Shown one piece after another: positions 9,770 through 16,908 of a DNA stretch of 33,198 nt. Every line of letters begins with the position of its first letter. Position 1 is the stretch's first letter. Source of the DNA: Deltaproteobacteria bacterium (GTDB lineage: Bacteria > Desulfobacterota > GWC2-55-46 > DRQE01); the NCBI GenBank assembly GCA_030631875.1, contig DAOVKH010000001.1, forward strand, positions 1-33,198, in the 5' to 3' direction. Position numbers and translations under genes: made by a program. The notes beneath the pieces were generated by a model, which worked only from the letters and a program-made list of their open reading frames with translations, made no database searches and was not told the origin of the DNA.

Positions 9770-10063
9770 TTGAGTGACTTCACGAGGATTGATCCAGATA
9801 GTTTTTATGGAGAACTTAAAGGAGAGGGGGTTGAACTGAGGGACTTGCTGTGGCCGTTGGAGTCTCTAAGCCCCAGAGAGAGAGCTATATTTGTCGAGTA
9901 TCATTACTGGAACACACATATGAAGGTCGTAGCAAAGAGCCATAGAATATCACTTGGGAGGGTCTATGAAATACTCTATAGAGCAGAAAGGAAGATCGCG
10001 TCTTCAAGGCCACAGGAAGAGGAGGAAGGCCGTGGAAGTAGTGGTCCAGAAAGAGGGCACTAA
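9770..10063 (+). CDS. Small sigma-70 region-4-like HTH protein (putative transcriptional regulator of the cluster)
   Basis: 97 aa with a TTG start preceded by GGAGG (9755-9759). LSPRERAIFVEYHYWNTHMKVVAKSHRISLGRVYEILYRAERKI looks like an ECF-sigma r4_2 / LuxR-type HTH. The C-terminal tail is low complexity. Confidence 0.6.
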   Translation: MSDFTRIDPDSFYGELKGEGVELRDLLWPLESLSPRERAIFVEYHYWNTHMKVVAKSHRISLGRVYEILYRAERKIASSRPQEEEEGRGSSGPERGH

Positions 10064-10211
10064 GATAGATTGGCTCGAATACAAGACACTTAGGCAGTAC
10101 CAGACAATGTCAGATATCCTGACAGGTAATGATGAGAGAGTTCTCTCGGATAAGTCCGGTAAGAAGGATTCTTTTGTTAATGGCTCCGATTGGTTGACGA
10201 AGGATCTATGA
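9966..10211 (+). CDS. Hypothetical protein overlapping the 3' end of the preceding ORF in another frame
   Basis: 81 aa from ATG 9966 (the track ORF starts at TTG 9954). A GGGAGGG lies just upstream but the spacing is short. It ends directly before a strong terminator, and no recognisable domain is present. Confidence 0.35.
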   Translation: MKYSIEQKGRSRLQGHRKRRKAVEVVVQKEGTKIDWLEYKTLRQYQTMSDILTGNDERVLSDKSGKKDSFVNGSDWLTKDL

Positions 10212-10249
10212 TTTAAGTAAAAGCACTATATAAAATATAATAGTTTTAA

Positions 10250-10297
10250 GGCGTACCATCTTCAGCTTTGTATCTGAAATGGTGCGCCTTTTTTTTT
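10250..10297 (+). terminator. Strong intrinsic terminator separating the regulatory ORFs from the structural operon
   Basis: GGCGTACCAT (10250-10259) pairs with ATGGTGCGCC (10279-10288) as a 10 bp stem with one G-U. It is followed by T9 (10289-10297). Confidence 0.8.
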
Positions 10298-10327
10298 AAA
10301 ATATTTGTCGATATATTTCTGTTTTTT

Positions 10328-10401
10328 CTTCAAGGGTAGAATAAAAGTCATTAATTTTTTAAATCAAATTAAAAGGTTAGGTCTTTAGGGGTAGAAAGAA
10401 A
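10328..10401 (+). promoter_or_regulatory. Two copies of a 19-nt motif containing GGGTAGAA, 55 bp apart (candidate late-promoter or activator sites)
   Basis: CTTCAAGGGTAGAATAAAA (10328-10346) and CTTTAGGGGTAGAAAGAAA (10383-10401) match at 15 of 19 positions. Each has a weak -10-like hexamer about 16-17 nt downstream: TTAAAT at 10359 and TATATC at 10413. Confidence 0.4.
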
Positions 10402-10473
10402 ACACCATAGGGTATATCGCACGAGATATGTTCTGCATATAGCTCGCGAGAAAATAATCAGGAGGTGTGCTTT

Positions 10474-10659
10474 ATGAATTATTACGGTGGTAGTTATCTT
10501 GGTACGGGAGACTCTACGGCATTCTTTAACGGAAGTAGCGGTGGGCGTGTGAAGGTTCTGTTGAGAGAGGTTGAAGCGTGTAGGGTATGTACAAGGCGGT
10601 TTCTAAGTCTTTATCCGTTAAGTAGTTGTGACGAACACGTCGGTCTCGATAGTTTTTAG
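10474..10659 (+). CDS. Small hypothetical phage protein (Gly/Tyr-rich N-terminus, CxxC plus Cys C-terminus)
   Basis: 61 aa from ATG 10474, with AGGAGG 9 nt upstream (the track ORF starts at GTG 10465). It contains ACRVCTRR...SSCDEH and sits immediately upstream of TerS. Confidence 0.45.
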   Translation: MNYYGGSYLGTGDSTAFFNGSSGGRVKVLLREVEACRVCTRRFLSLYPLSSCDEHVGLDSF

Positions 10660-10671
10660 GAGAGACTATAT

Positions 10672-11166
10672 ATGGCGATAGAGTGGGGAAAACTCAGGAC
10701 AGAGTACGAGTCAGACATAGTAAGTGTAGATGAACTGTCAAAGAAGTACGGCTGCAAGGCACAGACGATAGAGAGAAGGGCAAAGAAGTATGGTTGGGTT
10801 AAGAGGGTAAGGGGTGAAACCCCTTCAGGGCTGAAGCAGGAAGGTAAGGAGAGAAGAAGGGTTAGTCCATTGCCGTCAAGATCTAAGCCAAAGGAGAGTA
10901 CGCGAATACTCGGCGAGCATAGAAGGCTCTGGCAAAGCGTTAAGGGTACATTGGTCGAAGGTATTGCCGAGGGTGATGAGAAGAGACTCAAGGTCGCCAA
11001 GATTGCGGGCGACGGTCTCCTAAATATAGTTAAAGGAGAGAGGCAGGCATGGGGAATTACAGAGGGCTCTACCGATGTATCTGCCGAAGAATTATTAGGT
11101 GTCGTTAAAGAGATGGAAGAAGCTACGGTCTCACGCGGAGCAGAGACGGCTCTGGAGAGAGAATAA
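10672..11166 (+). CDS. terS: Terminase small subunit (HTH DNA-packaging protein)
   Basis: 164 aa with SD AGGAGAG. The N-terminal HTH WGKLRTEYESDIVSVDELSKKYGCKAQTIERRAKKYGWVKR is typical of TerS, and the gene lies directly upstream of and overlapping TerL. Confidence 0.7.
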   Translation: MAIEWGKLRTEYESDIVSVDELSKKYGCKAQTIERRAKKYGWVKRVRGETPSGLKQEGKERRRVSPLPSRSKPKESTRILGEHRRLWQSVKGTLVEGIAEGDEKRLKVAKIAGDGLLNIVKGERQAWGITEGSTDVSAEELLGVVKEMEEATVSRGAETALERE

Positions 11167-12355
11167 AAGATTTAAGGTTGTAGTCGCAGGCAGGCGTAGC
11201 GGCAAGACAGAGCTTGCTAAGCGTAAGCTGGTTCTTTCTTTATGGGGTTCTAAGTCCTGGTTGGATTCTCGTTACTTTGCCGCGGCACCTACGCGCGGAC
11301 AGGCAAAGAGGATCTTCTGGAAGGATTTAAAGAGACTTATTCCGGATACTTGGATAAAGAAAATATATGAGACCGACCTATGTATAACGACAAAGTTCGG
11401 CTCAGAGCTTTGGGTCGTCGGACTTGATAAACCGCAGAGGATAGAGGGTGTCGGTTGGGACGGCGGCGTCCTTGATGAATATGCCGACATGAAGGGCGGC
11501 TTGTGGGCAGAGAATGTAAGGCCTTCGCTCTCAGACAAGGATGGATGGTGCTGGCTGATAGGCGTTCCTAATGGCTTGAATCACTTTAAGGAGTTGGCCG
11601 ATTACGCAAGCTCAGGGGGGGACGCGGATTGGGGGTTTTATAGTTGGCCGTCTTCGGAGATACTTCCTCCTGAAGAGATAGAGTCCGTTAAGCGTACCTT
11701 AGACTCGAAAACTTTTCGCCAGGAATATGAAGCATCATTCGAATCGGCAAGCGGACGCGTATACTACGCATATAGGAGAGATACTCATGAAGATGCTTCG
11801 ATAACTTTAAATCCAAAACTTCCGATAATACTTTGTTGCGACTTTAACGTAGACCCATGCGTATGGGAGTTAGTACAGAGCGATGGATATTTAGTCAAGG
11901 TCTTCGATGAGGTCGCGTTAAGAGATACGAATACCGTAGAGATGGCAAGGGAAGTTAAGAGAAGGTACGGAGGCCACAGGGGTGGATTCATAGTCTACGG
12001 CGACGCTGCCGGAGCTTCAAGGTCCACTACCGGTAAGAGTGATTATGTGCTTCTAAAAGAACTCGGCTTTAAAGACCAGCGCATAGCCAGGGCCAACCCG
12101 CAGGTCAAGGACAGAGTGAATGCCATGAACACGCTACTCTTAAACTCCAAAGGGGAGGTAAGGCTTACGCACCATCCCGTTTGCGGCTACCTTAGGAAAG
12201 ACCTCGAAGGGATAACCTGGAGCGATAGCGGTGAGGGGATAGATAAGAGAGACGGCCTGAGAACGCACGCAAGTGATGCGATAGGATATTACGTTGACAA
12301 GGAATATTCACTTATAAAGAAACGTCTGAATACTTCAAAACGATTTTATAAATAA
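11099..12355 (+). CDS. terL: Terminase large subunit
   Basis: 418 aa. It has Walker A VVVAGRRSGKTE, Walker B GGVLDEYADM, and RNaseH-like nuclease acidic motifs ILCCDFNVDP, VYGDAAG and HASDAIGYY. The only possible start is GTG 11099, right after an in-frame TAG and nested 68 nt inside terS. Confidence 0.9.
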   Translation: MSLKRWKKLRSHAEQRRLWRENKRFKVVVAGRRSGKTELAKRKLVLSLWGSKSWLDSRYFAAAPTRGQAKRIFWKDLKRLIPDTWIKKIYETDLCITTKFGSELWVVGLDKPQRIEGVGWDGGVLDEYADMKGGLWAENVRPSLSDKDGWCWLIGVPNGLNHFKELADYASSGGDADWGFYSWPSSEILPPEEIESVKRTLDSKTFRQEYEASFESASGRVYYAYRRDTHEDASITLNPKLPIILCCDFNVDPCVWELVQSDGYLVKVFDEVALRDTNTVEMAREVKRRYGGHRGGFIVYGDAAGASRSTTGKSDYVLLKELGFKDQRIARANPQVKDRVNAMNTLLLNSKGEVRLTHHPVCGYLRKDLEGITWSDSGEGIDKRDGLRTHASDAIGYYVDKEYSLIKKRLNTSKRFYK

Positions 12356-12366
12356 GAGGAGACGAG

Positions 12367-13737
12367 ATGACGAGAGAAGAACTTTTAAGTACACACCCCG
12401 ACTATGACGCAAATATAGGAGAGTGGCAATTTTTTATGCGCAGTTACTTTGGCGGTAGAATTTACCACGAAGGCGATTATCTTCTTCAGCACCCCTTTGA
12501 GAGTGCCGGTAACTATAAACGCCGTAAAGATATTGCCTACTACTACAACTACTGCGGCCCGATTATAGACATAATGGTCTCGCATCTTTTCCGTAAACCG
12601 CCTAAGCGTGATTACGGTTCATTTACCGACGATAGGCTCTTCCGTTCATTCCTGAATGACGCAGACCTTGAGGGGCTAAGCTTTAATCAATTCATGCGTG
12701 ACGCTCAGAGGTTCGCGTCTATATATGGTCGTGTCTCAATCATAATTGACAAGCCTGTAGTAGTGCCGGGAACGAGAGCCGTTGCCGAGGATTATGATAT
12801 ACGTCCTTATCTTTCGCTTATAACGCCTGAGAACCTTGTGGACTGGAATTATATACGACTCTCATCGGGAAGGCCGGTGCTCGATAGTGTTAAGGTGCGT
12901 GAAGATTCATTGACCTATCGTATATGGAATAGAGATTCGTGGGAGCTTTGGCGTATAGGTGCCGCCGGCAGTGATAATGACGGCGACGCAGTATTGATAG
13001 ACTCAGGCGTTCACGGCCTCGGTATCGTTCCTATAGTTAACCTATACAACAAGAGGTCGGGCGTAAGGATGGTAGGTGCTTCCGATATTCAAGATATAGC
13101 CGATATAAATAAGAACATCTACTACCTCTGCTCAGACGCAAAAGAGATTATAGAGAATACGGCATTCCCGATGTTGGCCATTCCTTATGAGAATGCGGCG
13201 TCTTCCGCTTCAGATGGTGATCGTGAGATTGGACCGAGGAATATTCTTCAATTCGACCCGAGCGAACCGGGTGCGAGGCCTTACTGGCTCGAAGCACCGC
13301 ACTCTTCTTTGAGTGAGATACGCAAGTGGGTAAGGCAAGATATAACTGAGATTCATCGCATAGCCAAGATGGGTGGCGTTAAGTCAACGGAAGACTACAG
13401 TCAGGCGAGAAGCGGGGTTGCCATTGAGCTTGAGTATCAGCAACTACACTCCATGCTCAGCGAGAAGGCCGACAACATAGAACAGGTTGAAAGTCAGTTA
13501 CTTAATTTATTTGGTATGTGGCAGGGAGTGAGCTTCGACGGTTATGTTGATTACCCTGATGATTTTTCGGTTAGGGAGTTGGATAGAGACATAGAGCGCG
13601 CCATAAAGGCGCTTAGTGTAGGGGTAGAGTCCAGGACCTTCAAACGCGAGGTCGAGAAGTCTATCGTCGGCGCGGTACTTACCAAGCTGGATGGTAATAA
13701 AAAACGCGAAATAGATGAAGAGATAGACAACGGCTAA
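12367..13737 (+). CDS. Portal protein
   Basis: 456 aa with SD GAGGAG. It lies immediately after TerL and before the scaffold and capsid genes. Size and position are canonical; the sequence family was not identified by eye. Confidence 0.65.
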   Translation: MTREELLSTHPDYDANIGEWQFFMRSYFGGRIYHEGDYLLQHPFESAGNYKRRKDIAYYYNYCGPIIDIMVSHLFRKPPKRDYGSFTDDRLFRSFLNDADLEGLSFNQFMRDAQRFASIYGRVSIIIDKPVVVPGTRAVAEDYDIRPYLSLITPENLVDWNYIRLSSGRPVLDSVKVREDSLTYRIWNRDSWELWRIGAAGSDNDGDAVLIDSGVHGLGIVPIVNLYNKRSGVRMVGASDIQDIADINKNIYYLCSDAKEIIENTAFPMLAIPYENAASSASDGDREIGPRNILQFDPSEPGARPYWLEAPHSSLSEIRKWVRQDITEIHRIAKMGGVKSTEDYSQARSGVAIELEYQQLHSMLSEKADNIEQVESQLLNLFGMWQGVSFDGYVDYPDDFSVRELDRDIERAIKALSVGVESRTFKREVEKSIVGAVLTKLDGNKKREIDEEIDNG

Positions 13738-13761
13738 GGTTTGAAGGTCTCTGTACCCATA

Positions 13762-13807
13762 CTTGGCGCGGCAAAATTACCCTCGCGCAGTGCCAAGGAA
13801 TTTTATT
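13762..13807 (+). other. Hairpin followed by a T-rich stretch between the portal and scaffold genes (possible weak attenuator)
   Basis: CTTGGC-GCG...CGC-AGT-GCCAAG (13762-13797) followed by GAATTTTATT. Confidence 0.25.
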
Positions 13808-13839
13808 AAAGAGGGGATAGATTAAAAGGAGAAGAGTGA

Positions 13840-14499
13840 ATGAGTAAAGGTTATGAAGGTGATAGAGCTTTTACGGGCGATGGCCAAACAGTAGATTCAT
13901 CTCGGGTGGCGTTTACGCCCGAGCAACAGGTCAAGGTGCAGGAGCTTATAGACGAGTCCTACAAGAGGGCATACCAAAAAGCTCGAAAGGGCACTGTCTC
14001 GTCAGCAGACGTTGAGCTGATGCAACACGAGATAGGCGGGCTTCGAGAAGAGCGAAAGAGGGCGGCCATACTTGGCTCTGTATCACGCCATAATGTCGTT
14101 GACTCAATGGAGGTAGCCGAGCTTATAAGGGGTTCGGTCGTTGAGGGTGACGGCGGCGCTCTTGGCGTTATGGTTAATTCAAAGGACGCTGAGAGTGGAG
14201 GTGTGATGATGGGAGTAGATGAGTATGTCGATAGTTGGTTGTCCGATAGGCCACACCATATGCGAAGTCCGGGTATGGTCGGTGCGGGGTCTTCCGCGGC
14301 CTTCTTTGGCGGTGGAGGAAGGAAGGCATACAACCTCTCTGACCCAAACCTGTGGCGCACCTTGCCGCGAGAAGAAGTGGATAGGGTCTTGAGTGAAGGG
14401 ATAAACGTCCAAGGCGTGTCGGGTCAGACCTTCAGCTTTAAGGATGTCAAAAATCCTTTCCTTGAGGCAAAGAAAAGAAGCAATAAGACAGGAGGATAA
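13840..14499 (+). CDS. Capsid scaffolding protein
   Basis: 219 aa with SD AAGGAGAAG. It is charged with predicted helices (EQQVKVQELIDESYKRAYQKARKG), lies between portal and major capsid, and ends 5 nt before the capsid gene. Confidence 0.55.
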   Translation: MSKGYEGDRAFTGDGQTVDSSRVAFTPEQQVKVQELIDESYKRAYQKARKGTVSSADVELMQHEIGGLREERKRAAILGSVSRHNVVDSMEVAELIRGSVVEGDGGALGVMVNSKDAESGGVMMGVDEYVDSWLSDRPHHMRSPGMVGAGSSAAFFGGGGRKAYNLSDPNLWRTLPREEVDRVLSEGINVQGVSGQTFSFKDVKNPFLEAKKRSNKTGG

Positions 14500-14504
14500 T
14501 TTTT

Positions 14505-15368
14505 ATGGCAAACGAAGTAACTACAGGAGCAGGTTCTGCCGGCGAGTTGGTAGCGGCAGAGATAGTATCAAGGCTTGTAATAGACGCGGCCTACGCCGAG
14601 GCAGTCATGCCCGTGCTCGTAAGGACGGCCGACATAAGCGGTGAGTCGACCAATACGGTCGACTTTCCAAAGTGGCCTCTATTGAGCGCGAGCGATCTAA
14701 GCGAAGGCACAGATGCCAGTAACACGGCCGTCAATACAAGTTCTACGAGTGTCATCTCCGATGAGGCCGGTATCATGATAACCGTTACCGATATGCTCTT
14801 AAATGGCGCAGGCATCGGAGGGCTTGAGCCGTACGCAATGGAGCTTGGTAAGGCTCTTGCCAATAAGATAGATACAGACCTTCTCGGAGAGGTTGGAGAC
14901 TTTACAAATTCCGTAGGCACATCTGGTGCCGCTATGACGGAGGCAAACTTCCTCGAAGCAATATATATGCTCGAGAGTGCCAACGCCAAAGGCCCCTATG
15001 CCTGCGTACTGCATCCTGTGCAGATAAGGGATCTAAGGCAGGCTCTTGCTTCAGCAACAGGAGCCGTATGGGGAGGTCCGAGTGCTCCGGCCGCGGATCT
15101 CGGCGCGTTCGCAAACCTCTACGGTGTGGATATATACAGATCCACAAACTGTGCTTCGGTCAATGTCGACGCAGACCGTCAGGGCGTTATGATGCCTCAG
15201 GGCAATAACAGTGGTCTTGCCTTTGTGCTTAAGACCGGTGCGAAGACCGAGTTTCAGAGAGACGCATCACTTCGCGCAACAGAGATAGTCGTTACGGCTG
15301 TCTATGGCGACGAGTGTGTAGACGCGGACGCAAGCGGTGGTGTGGCGATAATCACCGACCACGAGTAG
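14505..15368 (+). CDS. Major capsid protein (probably HK97-fold, no delta domain)
   Basis: 287 aa with SD AGGAGG. It follows the scaffold gene, is rich in Ala/Gly/Thr as structural proteins often are, and is followed by a perfect 14 bp hairpin. Confidence 0.7.
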   Translation: MANEVTTGAGSAGELVAAEIVSRLVIDAAYAEAVMPVLVRTADISGESTNTVDFPKWPLLSASDLSEGTDASNTAVNTSSTSVISDEAGIMITVTDMLLNGAGIGGLEPYAMELGKALANKIDTDLLGEVGDFTNSVGTSGAAMTEANFLEAIYMLESANAKGPYACVLHPVQIRDLRQALASATGAVWGGPSAPAADLGAFANLYGVDIYRSTNCASVNVDADRQGVMMPQGNNSGLAFVLKTGAKTEFQRDASLRATEIVVTAVYGDECVDADASGGVAIITDHE

Positions 15369-15384
15369 GTAGAGCGTTAGGTAT

Positions 15385-15424
15385 TTACGAAGAGGCCTTT
15401 CTTTATTACGAGGCCTCTTCGTAA
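15385..15424 (+). terminator. Perfect 14-bp stem hairpin after the capsid gene (attenuator or RNA-stability element; no U-tract)
   Basis: TTACGAAGAGGCCT (15385-15398), a 12 nt loop, then AGGCCTCTTCGTAA (15411-15424). Confidence 0.45.
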
Positions 15425-15453
15425 ACCTTAAAAAGATGCAGGGAGATAAATTT

Positions 15454-15723
15454 ATGTCCGACATAGTTCGTTCGATGGAGCGTAAAGGATTTAAAGCACT
15501 TGCGGTAAATGATAGAGGCGGGATTGGGTTTAAGGCTTCCTTCAAAGAAGACCTCGAAGAGCTTGAAGAGCCGGTCTGGTTCGATACAGGGCTTAAGATG
15601 AAGGGCATCGACAAAAACGGTCTTACAGTCGAGGTAAATAGGAGCGTATGTGCGCGTGATAAACAGAAGTATAGAGAGTACGAGGCAAATGGATGGAAGC
15701 CTACGGGTGTAGGCAATGGATAA
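15454..15723 (+). CDS. Hypothetical phage protein
   Basis: 89 aa from ATG 15454, with GGGAGA 7 nt upstream (the track ORF starts at ATG 15436). No recognisable domain. Confidence 0.5.
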   Translation: MSDIVRSMERKGFKALAVNDRGGIGFKASFKEDLEELEEPVWFDTGLKMKGIDKNGLTVEVNRSVCARDKQKYREYEANGWKPTGVGNG

Positions 15724-15874
15724 AGCCAAGGTCGTTGACCGAGTAGTAGGACGTATATACAAGGAAAAATTAAAGAGCGGTGCCACCTTACCGAGCGGTA
15801 AAGAAGTTAAAGAAATGAAACGTAGGGTAGTCAGTGCGGCTGAAAAGGTAGATAGAAGAAGAGATAGAGTTTGA
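15716..15874 (+). CDS. Small basic hypothetical protein (52 aa, below the ORF-track cutoff)
   Basis: The ATG at 15716 overlaps the upstream stop (ATGGATAA). It translates to MDKAKVVDRVVGRIYKEKLKSGATLPSGKEVKEMKRRVVSAAEKVDRRRDRV and fills an otherwise empty gap in a tightly packed operon. Confidence 0.4.
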   Translation: MDKAKVVDRVVGRIYKEKLKSGATLPSGKEVKEMKRRVVSAAEKVDRRRDRV

Positions 15875-15907
15875 GAGTTTACTTTAAGAGAAAAGAGAGG
15901 TCTTGTT

Positions 15908-16123
15908 ATGGCTGAGTATTACCTTGAGATAAATGAAGAACTTACCGAAGAGACGGCTCTAAGCCGTCAGCCTTTAGGAGTCAGGGTTTCGGTTGCAGGT
16001 AGAGAAGATGCCTTGGAAAAAGTTTCTATCTTCGAGCCCTTTTTTGACGGAAGGCTCTATACAAAAGAACTTCACAGGTGTAACCACGATAGTGGTACTC
16101 CGTGCGCAAAGGAGACGCTCTAA
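15908..16123 (+). CDS. Hypothetical phage protein
   Basis: 71 aa with SD AGAGAGG 7 nt upstream. Its stop overlaps the next start (TAATG). Confidence 0.5.
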   Translation: MAEYYLEINEELTEETALSRQPLGVRVSVAGREDALEKVSIFEPFFDGRLYTKELHRCNHDSGTPCAKETL

Positions 16124-16908
16124 TGGCATTAACCGTTGGGCTTAAGGCTCTATATCACTTAAATGGTGACGCGAGAGATTCTTCGGGTAACGGTAACCAC
16201 GGAACGGTAGTAGGAGCAACGGTTGAATCTGAAACGGTAAAGCTTGGTTCAGCGGCTTACTCATTTGACGGCGTAGATGACCGTGTAAGCATTCCTCTTC
16301 TGAACTTTGATGAGGTAAGTGTTGCTTTCTGGTTCAACCGTTCGTCGCTGGATTCAGTTAATGCCGACACAGTTTTTGGTGCTTGGAAGTGGAGCTCGGA
16401 TGTACAGTTACAGGAAGGTTTTGACGTTGGAAGGTTTTTTCAACTTTCCCCTAATAAGTGCGATTTTACGATTGTTACTGAGGACGGAGGCGGCGTGAGG
16501 TCTGTAAAGACCGTTGCACATAACGTAGGTGACAGCACGGGTAGCTGGACACACCTCGTTGCTACATATTCAAAATCTACAGGCGAACAAAAGTTATACA
16601 TAGACGGTCTGCTAAGAGATACCACTGCACACATCGCAGGTAACACTATAGTACACTCGACATACTTTGTGGATATGTGGATAGGGGCTTCGCGTGTTAA
16701 TCAGGGATACTTTAACGGATTTATAGACGAGGTGGCTCTGTGGGATAGACCCCTGAGTGACGGTTCAGTTTCGGTCGGCGAGGTGGCCGGAGGCGAAGTA
16801 GCAGAATCATATAATGACGGATTTGGACGAGAAATTAAACTTACGCCGAAAGGGTATGTACCAAGGTCTGTGCATAAGGCGATTAAAGTAAAGGCGGTGA
16901 AGGTATGA
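16123..16908 (+). CDS. LamG / concanavalin-A-like lectin domain protein (Laminin_G_3-like), possible capsid decoration or head fibre
   Basis: 261 aa from ATG 16123, with AAGGAGA 7 nt upstream (the track ORF starts at GTG 16102). It has the hallmark pattern LYHLNGDARDSSGNGNHGTVVG...YSFDGVDDRVSIP...VAFWF...GSWTHLVATYSKSTGEQKLYIDG...FNGFIDEVALWDRPLS. Confidence 0.8.
   Translation: MALTVGLKALYHLNGDARDSSGNGNHGTVVGATVESETVKLGSAAYSFDGVDDRVSIPLLNFDEVSVAFWFNRSSLDSVNADTVFGAWKWSSDVQLQEGFDVGRFFQLSPNKCDFTIVTEDGGGVRSVKTVAHNVGDSTGSWTHLVATYSKSTGEQKLYIDGLLRDTTAHIAGNTIVHSTYFVDMWIGASRVNQGYFNGFIDEVALWDRPLSDGSVSVGEVAGGEVAESYNDGFGREIKLTPKGYVPRSVHKAIKVKAVKV

Noticed and set aside
9591-9773. A 60 aa track ORF (TTG start) in the leader upstream of the HTH gene.
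   Set aside because: It has no SD and an implausible hydrophobic/Arg-rich translation, and it overlaps the SD and start of the better-supported ORF 9770..10063.
13959-15786. Long antisense ORFs in the track inside the phage-like cluster: 13959..14360, 14179..14412, 14591..14989, 14799..15014, 14932..15147, 15267..15716 and 15406..15786 on the minus strand, plus 20702..21046, 18240..18509, 19321..19593 and 22594..22869.
   Set aside because: They lie entirely opposite well-supported, SD-preceded + strand genes. They lack SDs and have low-complexity Ser/Pro/Arg-rich translations typical of the antisense frame of coding DNA.
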